In this document: piece after piece, positions 49,638 through 59,373 of the stretch
Layout of the letters: every line of letters starts with the position of its first letter
Position numbering within the stretch: position 1 is the first letter of the stretch
Notes under the pieces: generated by a model
Seen by the model: only the letters and a program-made list of their open reading frames with translations
Told to the model about the DNA's origin: nothing
The model's database searches: none
Assembly (NCBI GenBank): GCA_937895345.1
Contig: CALAWP010000011.1
Span: forward strand, 24,982 to 88,981
From: an uncultured Paenibacillus sp.
Lineage (GTDB): Bacteria > Bacillota > Bacilli > Paenibacillales > Paenibacillaceae
Length of the DNA: 64,000 nucleotides
Direction of reading: 5' to 3'
Translations under genes and position numbers: made by a program

Positions 49638-50567
49638 ATGCCCGTATTGGAGGTTAACCGGCTGCAAAAGGCGTTCGGACCGGTCCGAGCGGTGGAGGAT
49701 ATCAGTTTCTCCGTCGAGGCGGGAGAAGTATTTACGATCATTGGGCCGAACGGAGCCGGCAAGACGACTACGCTTGAAATGATCGAAGGCCTGGTGCCGC
49801 CCGATTCCGGCGACATTCGGTTCGGAACGCTCGATTGGACAAGACACGGCGACCGGATCAAGACGGAAATCGGCATCCAGCCGCAAGCGAGCGCCATGTT
49901 CGACCTGCTCACCGTCGAAGAAAATTTGAAGCTGTTCGCATCCTTTTATCCGAAGTCCCGCCCCGCCGAAGAGGTGCTGGAGATGATCAATCTGACGGAC
50001 CAGCGCGGCCGCCACGTGAAGAAGCTGTCCGGGGGGCAGCAGCAGCGGCTGGCGATCGGGCTGGCGATGATCAACGATCCGAGCATTATTTTTCTCGACG
50101 AGCCGACGACCGGCCTCGACCCGCAAGCCCGCCGCAATATTTGGGACATCGTGCTCAAGCTGAAGGAAATGGGCAAGACGACGATCTTGACGACGCATTA
50201 CATGGAAGAAGCGGAAAAGCTGAGCGACCGGGTATGCATCGTGGACCAGGGCAAAATCGTGACCATGGACACCCCCGCGGCATTGATCGACCGGCTGACG
50301 AAGGAGCGCGAGGTGCGCCTGTCGTTTCTCGACGGCGAGCAAGCCGCCATCGAAACGGAGCGGGCGGCTCAGGCCGGCAGCTCGGTTGCCCGTACGGAGC
50401 GGGACGGAACTTCACTGCGGTTGTGGTCGACCAAGCCGGAGGAAACGCTTTATGAATTGTTCGGCTTTACGAAAGACCGGGGATATCGCGTCGAGCAAAT
50501 CTCGATTCGCGAAATGAGCCTGGAGGACGTCTTCATCGCCTTCACCGGCAAGGAATGGAGGGATTAA
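49638..50567 (+). CDS. ABC-2 type exporter ATPase
   Basis: AAGGAG RBS; GPNGAGKTT, LSGGQQQR, FLDEPTTGLD, TTHYMEEA. Confidence 0.93.
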   Translation: MPVLEVNRLQKAFGPVRAVEDISFSVEAGEVFTIIGPNGAGKTTTLEMIEGLVPPDSGDIRFGTLDWTRHGDRIKTEIGIQPQASAMFDLLTVEENLKLFASFYPKSRPAEEVLEMINLTDQRGRHVKKLSGGQQQRLAIGLAMINDPSIIFLDEPTTGLDPQARRNIWDIVLKLKEMGKTTILTTHYMEEAEKLSDRVCIVDQGKIVTMDTPAALIDRLTKEREVRLSFLDGEQAAIETERAAQAGSSVARTERDGTSLRLWSTKPEETLYELFGFTKDRGYRVEQISIREMSLEDVFIAFTGKEWRD

Positions 50568-50568
50568 T

Positions 50569-51714
50569 ATGAACGGAGTGAAGCAGCTTCGCATGATGTT
50601 CGATGCGCAGCTCAAAATGATGTTCCGCGACAAGCAAACGTGGTTTTGGAGCTTATGCTTTCCGATTATTCTGATGGTTATATTCATGATCATATTCGGC
50701 GGGAACGGTTCGGGCAGCTTCTCCGCGACCGTAGCCGTTTCCCAGCAAGCGGCGGGCGCGGACCAAGCTGGCGGAACAGAGCCGGCTTCCGGCATGCTGC
50801 TCGAAGGAATCAAGCAAATTCCCGTATTCGAGTTTAAGGATGACAATCCGGTCAGCCTGGAGCAGGGACGGGAATGGGTCGAAAAGAAAGACATCGACGC
50901 GCTCATCGTGCTGCCGGCCTCCGGGGACGCCGGCCAAATCGAGCTGATCGTCAATCGGCAGAACGAACAAAGCGCCGGAACGCAAGCGATCTCCGGCATT
51001 CTGGAACGATTCGTTCAGCATGCCAATCTGGCGGCCGCCGGCGCCGAGCCCGCATTTGCCATGAACATGACCTCCGTCACCACGGCGGCGGACGATATCC
51101 GGTACGAGGACTTTCTGCTGACGGGCATGATCGGCCTGTCCATCGCCCAAGGCGGCTTGTTCGGCATGGCCGATCTGGTCGACATGCGCCGCCGCGGCCT
51201 GCTCAAGCGGATGCGGATGACGCCGGCCAAGATGGGACTGTTCGGCTTGTCGGGCATGCTCGTTCGCCTCATGCTCGGCGTAATCCAGGTCGTAGTACTG
51301 GCGCTCATCGGCGTGTACGGCTTCGGCGCCAACCTCCATTTCAATTGGGCCAGCCTGGCCGTCGCTTTCCTCGCAGGAGCGCTTGTCTTTAACGCGATGG
51401 GCTACCTGTTCTCGTCTTTCAGCCGGACGATGGAAGCTTATATGGGCGTCGCCAACATTTTCAGCATGCTGATGATGTTCCTGAGCGGCATCTTCTTCCC
51501 GGTCGAATCGCTTCCCGAGTGGCTGCAGCCGGTGCCGAAAATTCTTCCGCTTACCTACTTTGTGGAAGGCATGCGCGACGGTATGATTTATGCGGAAGGA
51601 CTCTTTAACGCTTCGTTCTGGACCGGCATGGGCATCATGGCCGTCTGGGGCGCCGTCAGCTTCCTGCTGGCCGCCCAGCTGTACAAAAACAAATCGATCG
51701 CGGCCACCCGGTAA
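50569..51714 (+). CDS. ABC-2 type exporter permease
   Basis: N-terminal TM, extracellular loop, 5 C-terminal TM; FLSGIFFP, LPLTY. Confidence 0.9.
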   Translation: MNGVKQLRMMFDAQLKMMFRDKQTWFWSLCFPIILMVIFMIIFGGNGSGSFSATVAVSQQAAGADQAGGTEPASGMLLEGIKQIPVFEFKDDNPVSLEQGREWVEKKDIDALIVLPASGDAGQIELIVNRQNEQSAGTQAISGILERFVQHANLAAAGAEPAFAMNMTSVTTAADDIRYEDFLLTGMIGLSIAQGGLFGMADLVDMRRRGLLKRMRMTPAKMGLFGLSGMLVRLMLGVIQVVVLALIGVYGFGANLHFNWASLAVAFLAGALVFNAMGYLFSSFSRTMEAYMGVANIFSMLMMFLSGIFFPVESLPEWLQPVPKILPLTYFVEGMRDGMIYAEGLFNASFWTGMGIMAVWGAVSFLLAAQLYKNKSIAATR

Positions 51715-51744
51715 CCGACTGCCGCGGACTCGAATGGCGCAGTA

Positions 51745-51776
51745 ACCGCCCCTATCCGTCCGGATGAGGGGCGGTC
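51745..51776 (+). terminator. Hairpin after the ABC-2 operon
   Basis: ACCGCCCCT..AGGGGCGGT. Confidence 0.65.
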
Positions 51777-51844
51777 GCTGGTTTTCCGCAATGACCGCGG
51801 TACTATGATGGAATACGCGCCGCGCGCCTTTTTTTTCGCTTGCC

Positions 51845-52327
51845 TTCACTATCCCCTCGCTTCAGGAAATCTCAGCCTTGATGGACAAAGCGAAGTGTGC
51901 TGATTCTATGAGGATGACGACGAAAAAGGTACTCTCGGTTTTCACTGTCATCACTATCCCCTCTCTTCAGGAGCTGCTAATGACCTTCCCAACTTGCCGG
52001 CTACACTTACCTCACGCCGCTTAACTACCGTACGAAGTTGCCTCCCCGCTTGCTTGCTAGCCATATTTGCCTCACGCCGCCCCAACTGCCGCATTCGGGT
52101 GTCTCCCACTTGCCAGCCGTACTTGCCGTACGCAACCCAACTGCCGCATTTGTGTGCCAGCTTCTACTTACTAGCCATTCTTGCCATACGCCGTCCCAAC
52201 TGCCGCATTTTGGGCTTTGCCTATTCGATACCTTCTCAACTTCCATTCGCCACCTTCTCAACTTCCATAGCCGAAATTTCGAGTATGCCATTATACCTGC
52301 CGCTACCTGAGTTGATGGGATAGTGAA
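51845..52327. repeat. Region bounded by a 21-22 bp motif (two direct copies, one inverted) containing degenerate 55-61 bp tandem repeats
   Basis: TCACTATCCCCTC(G/T)CTTCAGG at 51846 and 51951; inverted CCTGAGTTGATGGGATAGTGAA at 52306. CCCAACTGCCGCATT at 52081, 52136 and 52195. CCTTCTCAACTTCCAT at 52231 and 52253. Confidence 0.75.
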
Positions 52328-52390
52328 TACAAGTCTATAAAACCTGTCCATAAAGCCGTTTCCAGACGGTCGACCGCCGCTGTCTTGCAG

Positions 52391-52467
52391 CGAGACACCA
52401 GCGAGACATCTACGAGACATCTACGAGACACCAGCGAGACATCTACGAGATACTAACGAAATACCAA
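52391..52467. repeat. 11-bp minisatellite, 7 units
   Basis: CGAGACACCAG, CGAGACATCTA x2, CGAGACACCAG, CGAGACATCTA, CGAGATACTAA, CGAAATACCAA. Confidence 0.9.
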
Positions 52468-52694
52468 ACGCAGGGGCTGCCAGATCTATTACCTTTTCAT
52501 CTGTCGTATCTGCCGCGCTATAGAGCTTTCCTCGTTGTTCCCGTTGCCCGATTCACACTTCACTTGCAGCCTGTCTCACCGAGTCTTCCGTCAGTTCCCC
52601 CCCGCTGCCTGAGCCGAAGGGATAATGATTGCAAATAAAAAATGAGGCGGTTCCCCGCCCCGTAACATGCCCCGTTAAATAATTTAGCCTCATC

Positions 52695-53639
52695 TTATGC
52701 CGGACCGCCGCACATTTCCGAATGCCGCAGCCGGGACGTTTCCACTTGGATCGTCGTATGCTGAATTTGGAACTTTTGCTCGATGCGATCGACGGCTTGC
52801 TGCAAGATCGACTGACTGTCGGCTCCGTCGTCGATAAGCATGTGGCAGGACAATGAATCCCGTCCGGATGTGATCGTCCATATATGCAAATCATGCACAT
52901 CCCTCACCCCTTCAATGGCCAGCAGCTCTCGCTTCAATTCCGCCGCATCGACCGTAACGGGCGCGCCTTCCATCAAAATATGAACGGTGGACCTGATGAT
53001 GCCCCACGCGCTCTTCAAAATGAGAAGCGAAACGACTACGCTGATTACCGGATCGGCAACATACCAGCCGAACAGCATCATCAGCAGTCCCGCAACGATG
53101 GCGCCGACCGATCCGAGCGCATCGCCCAGCACGTGCAGGTACGCGCTTCGGACATTTACATTGCCCTTAATGTCGCTTTGGCGCATAAGCGCCCACGCGC
53201 TGGCAAGGTTGGCCAGCAAGCCGACGCAGGCGATCGCCATCATTGCGCCGCTCGCCACAGACGGCGGATCCATAAACCGCTGGACGGCTTCGGCGACAAT
53301 AAACGCCGCGATCACGAACAGGCTGATGCCGTTCAGCAATGCCGCCAATATTTCGAACCGGTAGTAGCCGTACGTTTTGTTCGGGGATGGCGGCCTGGAG
53401 GCAACCCACATCGCGGCAAGGCTAAGCGCCAGCGCGCCGGCGTCGCTGAGCATATGTCCCGAATCGGACAGCAGAGCCAATGAATTGGTGAGAAGTCCGC
53501 CGAAAAATTCCAGCAACATAATGCCCGATGTGATGACGAGCGCAATCAGCAATCCTTTGCGGTTGCCGCCGCGGTGCGAATGATCATGTCCGTGTTCATG
53601 GTGATGATGGCCGTGATGCGAATGGTTGTGGAGACTCAT
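52695..53639 (-). CDS. czcD: Cation diffusion facilitator (Zn/Co/Cd efflux)
   Basis: GGAGGG RBS; His-rich N-terminus; LALLSDSGHMLSD, YGYYRFE, HVLGD, HDLHIW. Confidence 0.92.
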   Translation of the reverse strand: MSLHNHSHHGHHHHEHGHDHSHRGGNRKGLLIALVITSGIMLLEFFGGLLTNSLALLSDSGHMLSDAGALALSLAAMWVASRPPSPNKTYGYYRFEILAALLNGISLFVIAAFIVAEAVQRFMDPPSVASGAMMAIACVGLLANLASAWALMRQSDIKGNVNVRSAYLHVLGDALGSVGAIVAGLLMMLFGWYVADPVISVVVSLLILKSAWGIIRSTVHILMEGAPVTVDAAELKRELLAIEGVRDVHDLHIWTITSGRDSLSCHMLIDDGADSQSILQQAVDRIEQKFQIQHTTIQVETSRLRHSEMCGGPA

Positions 53640-53702
53640 ATGAATTCCCTCCGTCTGTCTCGTGCCCATCTGGTACGGCGGTGGCACGTCACTTTTATCA
53701 AC

Positions 53703-53722
53703 ATATGAATACATGTTCATAT
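53703..53722. promoter_or_regulatory. SmtB/CzrA-type operator upstream of czcD
   Basis: ATATGAA-TACATG-TTCATAT palindrome. Confidence 0.8.
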
Positions 53723-53977
53723 ATATTATATGATTGGCTGGTTTATTTTGCAAGCTCCGTCAAGCGAAAAAACTGCCGGAATGGCCTGAACAATCAGGCT
53801 TTCCGACAGCTGTAAACGAAACCGCACTTCCACTATCCGCTAACCTCGCACTAATCCTCGTCGCCTTAACCAGCCGTTCCCGCTCCGGCGTTGCTTCTCG
53901 CTAGTCCGCAACGAAGACGCGATGACTTGGTACTCGCAGCCTGACCGAGGCAGCCCGCAGCCTGGCCGAGGCAGCCC

Positions 53978-54352
53978 TTAGCTGTGCTTCAAATGCTGCA
54001 GCGTCAGCACAAACAGCTGCTCCACGTGATCGTCGTCGAGGGAGTAATAAACGGTTTTTCCTTCCTTCCGACGCTTGACGATGCGCATATTGCGAAGCAG
54101 CCGAAGCTGATGCGATACGGCCGACTGTCCCATTCCAAGCACGACGGTCAAATCGTGTACGCAGAGCTCGGATTGCAGCAAAGCATGGATGATCCGGACG
54201 CGGGTCGGATCGCCGAGCGCCTTGAACAAATCCGCCAGTTGTACCGACGTGGCCTCGTCCACCAGCTTCGCTTTCACCTTGTCCACATCCGCTTCCGTTC
54301 CGGAGCAGGCTTCGTCGCATGCCGGCGCCGCAGCCAATTCATAGTCCATCAT
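53978..54352 (-). CDS. ArsR/SmtB metal-responsive repressor (CzrA/SmtB-like)
   Basis: FKALGDPTR, ELCVHDL, SAVSHQLR; alpha5 metal site DDHV..QHLKH. Confidence 0.92.
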   Translation of the reverse strand: MMDYELAAAPACDEACSGTEADVDKVKAKLVDEATSVQLADLFKALGDPTRVRIIHALLQSELCVHDLTVVLGMGQSAVSHQLRLLRNMRIVKRRKEGKTVYYSLDDDHVEQLFVLTLQHLKHS

Positions 54353-54491
54353 TATCCCACCAACTTTTAGCCGATTGAATGCCTAAACTCAATTAAAGCT
54401 CATTATAGCATATGCGCCATTCAAATCCATGCCCGATTCCACTATAATGGAAGAACATGACGGAATGGGCTAAACGCAAGGAGGTCGTACG

Positions 54492-54653
54492 ATGTTCACG
54501 CTGAAGGAAAAGATTTATCTGCTTAAGCTGCTGAAAGGCAAACAACGAAGCTTCTTTTTTCGCCTTGGCAAAAAAGATCCGGTGCACGAGCGTCTCGTCG
54601 AAAAGCTGGAGCAGATGGTGCGCAACGAGCAGGTAAACAAGGAACATTTGTAG
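54492..54653 (+). CDS. Small basic protein (53 aa), not in the ORF track
   Basis: AAGGAGG RBS just upstream; MFTLKEKIYLLKLLKGKQRSFFFRLGKKDPVHERLVEKLEQMVRNEQVNKEHL*. Confidence 0.7.
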   Translation: MFTLKEKIYLLKLLKGKQRSFFFRLGKKDPVHERLVEKLEQMVRNEQVNKEHL

Positions 54654-54693
54654 GCTTGTGACCCCAATCAACAAGTCAGTCAGGAGATGTGCA

Positions 54694-55338
54694 ATGACAG
54701 GAAGAACGCATTTGGCCATCGGGGCGGCAATCGGCGCCGCTGCGGCCCTTTATTATTCTCCAGGCTTGGAGGACGCCGCCGTCTACATCGGAGTCGCCGC
54801 TTTTTCGGCGCTGAGCGCCGATCTGGACGGGCCGAGCATGCTCAGCTCCAAGCTGACGAAGTTAAGCAAGCGAATTCGCGAGCTGGCTCTCGGTTTCGGC
54901 ATTTTGTATCTCATCATGGTCGTCATCCTTTACGCGGCCGGGCAGCCGGTCAATCCCGTCATTGCGGGAGGCGGCATTGCCGCCCTGCTGCTTGGGCTTG
55001 TCATGAAGCAAGGATTTATGCGCAACGCGCTAGTCAGTCTGGCGGGCCTGTATATCGTTTATTGCGGCTTGGCCGGAGACAGATTGTGGATGCTGGGGCT
55101 TGGGCTGTTTGTCGTCATCGCCCCGTGGCTCAAGCATCGCGGCCTTACGCATACAATATGGGTCGTGCCGCTCTGGTGGTGGCTGGGCTCCGGCTTGGAA
55201 CGGGAGCTGGACATGGAGGGCATCGCCGCAGCAGCGGCACTTGGTTACTTATCCCATCTCGCAGCCGACACTTTGACGCCAAGCGGAGTGAGGTGGCTGT
55301 ATCCGCTTGTCAAAAAGCCATTAAAGCTCAAGTTGTAA
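54694..55338 (+). CDS. YdjM-like membrane metal-dependent hydrolase
   Basis: MTGRTH, ADLD, HRGLTHT, GYLSHLAADTLTPSG..LYP. Confidence 0.88.
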   Translation: MTGRTHLAIGAAIGAAAALYYSPGLEDAAVYIGVAAFSALSADLDGPSMLSSKLTKLSKRIRELALGFGILYLIMVVILYAAGQPVNPVIAGGGIAALLLGLVMKQGFMRNALVSLAGLYIVYCGLAGDRLWMLGLGLFVVIAPWLKHRGLTHTIWVVPLWWWLGSGLERELDMEGIAAAAALGYLSHLAADTLTPSGVRWLYPLVKKPLKLKL

Positions 55339-55360
55339 GTGAACAGGAGGCGCTAACCTA

Positions 55361-55702
55361 TTGGTATTTAACTTTGTAAGCCTGGCGGTCAATGTTATTT
55401 TTTTCGCGATTTTGTTCATAGGACTTTTGCAATGCAGAAAACATGCATTCCGAGCCGGATTTTATTTTTTTCTTATCCTGATTGTGCATAAGATTTCCTC
55501 TTACTTTTACTTGCCGTATTTGCATAAATATATGGATTCGCTTGTTGAAAGCAACACCCCGCCTCCGATGGGAATGACTTATGGAGAATTCGTGAGTTGG
55601 TTTTCATTCATTCCCGCGATCATTGACCTCTTGGCTTTTGGAATTTTGGTGACGGGAATATATAAACTATGGAGATCCAAGGCTGCCGATGCACAAAAAT
55701 GA
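55361..55702 (+). CDS. Hypothetical AT-rich membrane protein (113 aa, about 3 TM)
   Basis: AGGAGG RBS before TTG; hydrophobic segments; visibly lower GC than its neighbours. Confidence 0.65.
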   Translation: MVFNFVSLAVNVIFFAILFIGLLQCRKHAFRAGFYFFLILIVHKISSYFYLPYLHKYMDSLVESNTPPPMGMTYGEFVSWFSFIPAIIDLLAFGILVTGIYKLWRSKAADAQK

Positions 55703-55747
55703 CCTCTATTAGAGGTCATTTTTGTGTATATAAGCAGAAGCGGCGGA

Positions 55748-57265
55748 TCAAGGCTGTATTTTCTCCAGAAACAAAACGCGGCTGCCTTCGGCAATGACGA
55801 TTTCGTTCGGCGACAGCGGCAAAATTTGCGCCGAAGATATGATGAAATTGTCGATCAGAACGGTAAACAGCGGGTTTCCGTCCCGGTCGAGCGCATGAAC
55901 CGAGCCGCTGGTCGTCGAAATATATACGTTATCCTGCTCATCTCTCACAAAATTGCCGTCGTAATTGTATTCAAAAAACGAAAATCCTTTGGCCCGCTCC
56001 TTATAGTTCAGTCTGTAGGTCCACAGCAGCTCTCCGTCGTCCGAATACCGGAACAGGGATTGCGCGCCGTCGGTCCGGTAAAGCGGGTAGGCGTCCCGGA
56101 CGGGCGCTTCGCCGACAGGGATCAAAGAGCCGTTCTCGACCCGGTACGAGCCTCCGCCGGAAAGAAGCAAGCCGCTCTCTTCGACTTCAGGGATGCCGAT
56201 GTCGTGTTCGACCGTCGCAAGGACTTGTCCGTTCAAATCGGTCAAGACCAGGGCGCCGTCAAAAAACAAATAGATTTGGTCCCGACCGTCAATGTCGACC
56301 TCCAAAATATCGCCGGCCTTCAGCTTCGTATCGCCGAATGCCCATTCCTTGACGACCCATAACCGGCGACCGTCCTGAGCGTAGGATGCGAGTCCTTCCG
56401 TCGTCAGAACGACCAGGTTGCCGTGCCGGTCTGTCGTCGCGGTAATCCGCTTCAAGATGGCCGCCAGCGGGTCGCTGTCCCAGTTTTCCTTGACCGGAAT
56501 GTCCTGCCACACCTTCGTCTCGCCATCCTCCTTCACACGCACCTGATAGGAAGAACCTTGTTCCGCCGTTATTTTGACGGCTTCGATCGACTGGTAGCCT
56601 TTCCCGTAACCGGACTTATGCTTCAGAATGCTGCCCTCCTTGTCCATGACGAGCAATTCATCTCCGAAACCATGAACGATAACCGTCCCATCCGGACCGG
56701 CGCTAACGTCGAACATCTGGTACGGGCTCTCGTCCTCATACGACCACTTCAGCCGGTAATCTCCATTGTGGAGCAAATAGACGGCTTTTCCTTCATCGTT
56801 GGCGACAGGCAGCAGTTCCTTCGCCGGCAAGGCCGCATGACTTCCGATCGTTTGAATCCGGACCGTCTTGTTCGCCGAATCCCACTCCACTTCCGCTCCA
56901 AGCGACTCGCTTACGAAACGGATCGGCACGTAAGCGCTTCCTTCAATCAGCACAGGCGGCTGCGCAAGCGTAAGCTTCTCATTGTTTTTCCAGGCCGTAG
57001 TCGAACCGAGCTGAAGCCGGACGGTCGTATCTCCCTTTGTGCCGCTTATCGATTTATCCGACTTCTCGTATTTCACTTCCGCTCCCAGCGCCGTAAATAT
57101 CGCCCGAAACGGAACGAGGATGCTCCCGTTCCTCTTCACCGGCATACGCTCGAACGTCTCCGCCTTGCTGTTGATGACGATGCCGTAGTCCGATTGGGCA
57201 AACGCGGGCTGGCCCGCGAGACAGAACAACACAAGCAATGACGCCAATATTCGATAGGATTTCAT
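55748..57265 (-). CDS. Secreted copper amine oxidase N-terminal (stalk) domain protein with PQQ-like beta-propeller repeats
   Basis: Signal peptide; LVPFRAIFTALGAEV, YVPIRFVSESLGAEVEWD; repeated 'W.Y' and 'YISTTSGSVHALDRDG..F' blades. Confidence 0.82.
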   Translation of the reverse strand: MKSYRILASLLVLFCLAGQPAFAQSDYGIVINSKAETFERMPVKRNGSILVPFRAIFTALGAEVKYEKSDKSISGTKGDTTVRLQLGSTTAWKNNEKLTLAQPPVLIEGSAYVPIRFVSESLGAEVEWDSANKTVRIQTIGSHAALPAKELLPVANDEGKAVYLLHNGDYRLKWSYEDESPYQMFDVSAGPDGTVIVHGFGDELLVMDKEGSILKHKSGYGKGYQSIEAVKITAEQGSSYQVRVKEDGETKVWQDIPVKENWDSDPLAAILKRITATTDRHGNLVVLTTEGLASYAQDGRRLWVVKEWAFGDTKLKAGDILEVDIDGRDQIYLFFDGALVLTDLNGQVLATVEHDIGIPEVEESGLLLSGGGSYRVENGSLIPVGEAPVRDAYPLYRTDGAQSLFRYSDDGELLWTYRLNYKERAKGFSFFEYNYDGNFVRDEQDNVYISTTSGSVHALDRDGNPLFTVLIDNFIISSAQILPLSPNEIVIAEGSRVLFLEKIQP

Positions 57266-57291
57266 GCCGGCAAACCTCCTCTATTGAAATA

Positions 57292-57325
57292 AAGGGCTGC
57301 CCGAGGATATACTCGAGCAGCCCTT
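57292..57325. terminator. Terminator after ppaC
   Basis: AAGGGCTGC..GCAGCCCTT. Confidence 0.7.
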
Positions 57326-57334
57326 GTTCCGTTC

Positions 57335-58267
57335 TTACATGTTGCTCAGCGTCTCCGTCAGCACCGGAACGATTTGCGATTTGCGGGAAACGACGCCTTT
57401 GAGCAGCGCCTTGTTGTCGCTCAGCGTCACGTTGTACGCCTTCTCTACGGCTTCGGCTTTGCTGCCGAGCGCCAGCGCGATGGAATCGTTGTTCAGAATG
57501 TCCGTCACGACAAGCACGAACAGGTCCAGTCCTTTGGCGGCGATAATGCCGTTCAAGGCCGCTTCCAGCTCCGCCTGGCGGTTCAGCACGTCGTTCGTGT
57601 CCACCGCGTTTACTTGCGCGATTTCAACCTTGTAGCTGCCCATTGCGAATTCCTTCGCATCCAGGGAAATGAGCTGCTCGATCGTTTTGTCGCTAAGGTC
57701 GGCTCCCGCCTTGAGCATGTCCAGGCCGTAAGCTTCCGCGTCTACGCCGGCGATAGCGGCCAGCTCGCGCGCCGCCGCGACGTCCTGCTCGGTGCAGGTC
57801 GGCGATTTGAACAGCAAGGAATCGGAAATAATGGCCGACAGCATCAGTCCCGCAATTTCCTTGCGGATGGCGACGCCGTTTTCCTTATACAGCTTGTTGA
57901 GAATCGTTGCCGTGCAGCCGACCGGCTCGGCGCGGAAGTAAAGAGGACCCGCCGTCTCGAAGTTGGCGATGCGGTGGTGATCGATAACTTCCGCTACGCG
58001 CACTTTGTCGATATCGTTGGCGCTTTGCTGGCGCTCGTTATGGTCGACCAGAATGACTTCCTTCGCTTCGTCCGCCACATTTTCGACCAGACGGGGAGCT
58101 TCGATGCCGAAATAGTTGAGCGCATATTGCGTTTCGCCGTTCACTTCGCCGAGACGAACCGCCTCCACGTCTGCGCCCAGCTTGCTCTTCAGCTCCGCAT
58201 ATGCGATCGCCGATGTAATTGTGTCCGTGTCCGGGTTTTTGTGCCCGAAAATAAGCGTTTTTGCCAT
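57335..58267 (-). CDS. ppaC: Manganese-dependent inorganic pyrophosphatase
   Basis: [40 protein letters not shown]. Confidence 0.96.
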   Translation of the reverse strand: MAKTLIFGHKNPDTDTITSAIAYAELKSKLGADVEAVRLGEVNGETQYALNYFGIEAPRLVENVADEAKEVILVDHNERQQSANDIDKVRVAEVIDHHRIANFETAGPLYFRAEPVGCTATILNKLYKENGVAIRKEIAGLMLSAIISDSLLFKSPTCTEQDVAAARELAAIAGVDAEAYGLDMLKAGADLSDKTIEQLISLDAKEFAMGSYKVEIAQVNAVDTNDVLNRQAELEAALNGIIAAKGLDLFVLVVTDILNNDSIALALGSKAEAVEKAYNVTLSDNKALLKGVVSRKSQIVPVLTETLSNM

Positions 58268-58452
58268 TGTCCCTATACTCCTTAACGAATAGATTTGCCG
58301 CACCCGGCATTCGATGCCTGGGCTTGGCTCGCTGTAATGCATTATACACTATAACTGATTATAACGTTAACACCCTATAATTCCTATACCTTTACACTGA
58401 ATTAAATGCAAAAAAACGGCGCTCCGCCCGGGGAACGCCGCTTGCCGGCTGC

Positions 58453-59343
58453 CTACGCCCTAAACCGCTTCAGGAAATCGACCGCAAGCCGGATATCGGC
58501 TTCCGGATTTGCGCCGACCTCCCGTTCGATCGTCAAATACCCGTTGTAGCCGATTTGCTGCAAGGCCGACAAATAACCGTTCCAATCGACGCTTCCTTCT
58601 CCGAGCGGAACCTCGCGGAAGGCGGAGCCGGTTTCCGCCATTTCGGCGATCTTCTCGTGATCGAGCTCCGTTTCGTACCCGTATTCGCCGTATACGTCGC
58701 GCGGATCGACGGGCCCCAGCTTGATGCCGTCCTTCGCATGCGTGTGCACGATGTAATCCTTCAGCTCGTAAACGCCCTGAACCGGATCGTCTCCCGTCAC
58801 CATAACCATGTTGGCCGGATCGAAATTGACCGACACGCCCTTCGAGCCGAGCCCGTCCAAAAAGCCCTTTAAACGCGCGGCCGTTTCCGGTCCCGTCTCG
58901 ATGGCGAAATAGGCGTTCATGCTGCTGGCGTAATCACTGAGCTCTTCGCATGCCTTATGCATCGTTTCGTAAATCCGGCCGTTTCGATCTTCCGGCACGA
59001 TGCCGATGTGGGTCGTTACAATGTTCGTTCCGAGCTCCATGCCCAGTTCCATAATTCGTTTCGATTTCTCGATTTTCCAGCGATTTTGGGCAGGGTCCTG
59101 AAATCCGTGTCCGCCCAGATCGCCGACCAGCGCCGAAATTTCCAGGCCGAGCGACTCGATATAGCTCTTCAGCTCCCGCCGATCGGCCGGCGACAGCCGG
59201 TCGGGGTCCATTTCCCCTTTGACCGCATAGATTTGCACGCCGTCCGCGCCCGATTGCTTCGCTTTAAGCAAGCCCTCCTTCACGCCGACCTGAAAGCTGT
59301 CGACGATTACTCCGATTTTGTTCGTTATGACCGGTGTGCCCAT
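58453..59343 (-). CDS. Sugar phosphate isomerase/epimerase (AP endonuclease 2 TIM barrel)
   Basis: AIETG, NFDPAN, HTHAKD, GYLTIERE. Confidence 0.88.
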   Translation of the reverse strand: MGTPVITNKIGVIVDSFQVGVKEGLLKAKQSGADGVQIYAVKGEMDPDRLSPADRRELKSYIESLGLEISALVGDLGGHGFQDPAQNRWKIEKSKRIMELGMELGTNIVTTHIGIVPEDRNGRIYETMHKACEELSDYASSMNAYFAIETGPETAARLKGFLDGLGSKGVSVNFDPANMVMVTGDDPVQGVYELKDYIVHTHAKDGIKLGPVDPRDVYGEYGYETELDHEKIAEMAETGSAFREVPLGEGSVDWNGYLSALQQIGYNGYLTIEREVGANPEADIRLAVDFLKRFRA

Positions 59344-59373
59344 CCTTACTCCTCCCCGTATCGTTAATCGGTT

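Noticed and set aside
53935-53980. 21-bp direct repeat (CAGCCTG(A/G)CCGAGGCAGCCC) abutting the arsR stop
   Set aside because: Real, but only two copies; too short to interpret, although it echoes the gene-end duplication pattern.
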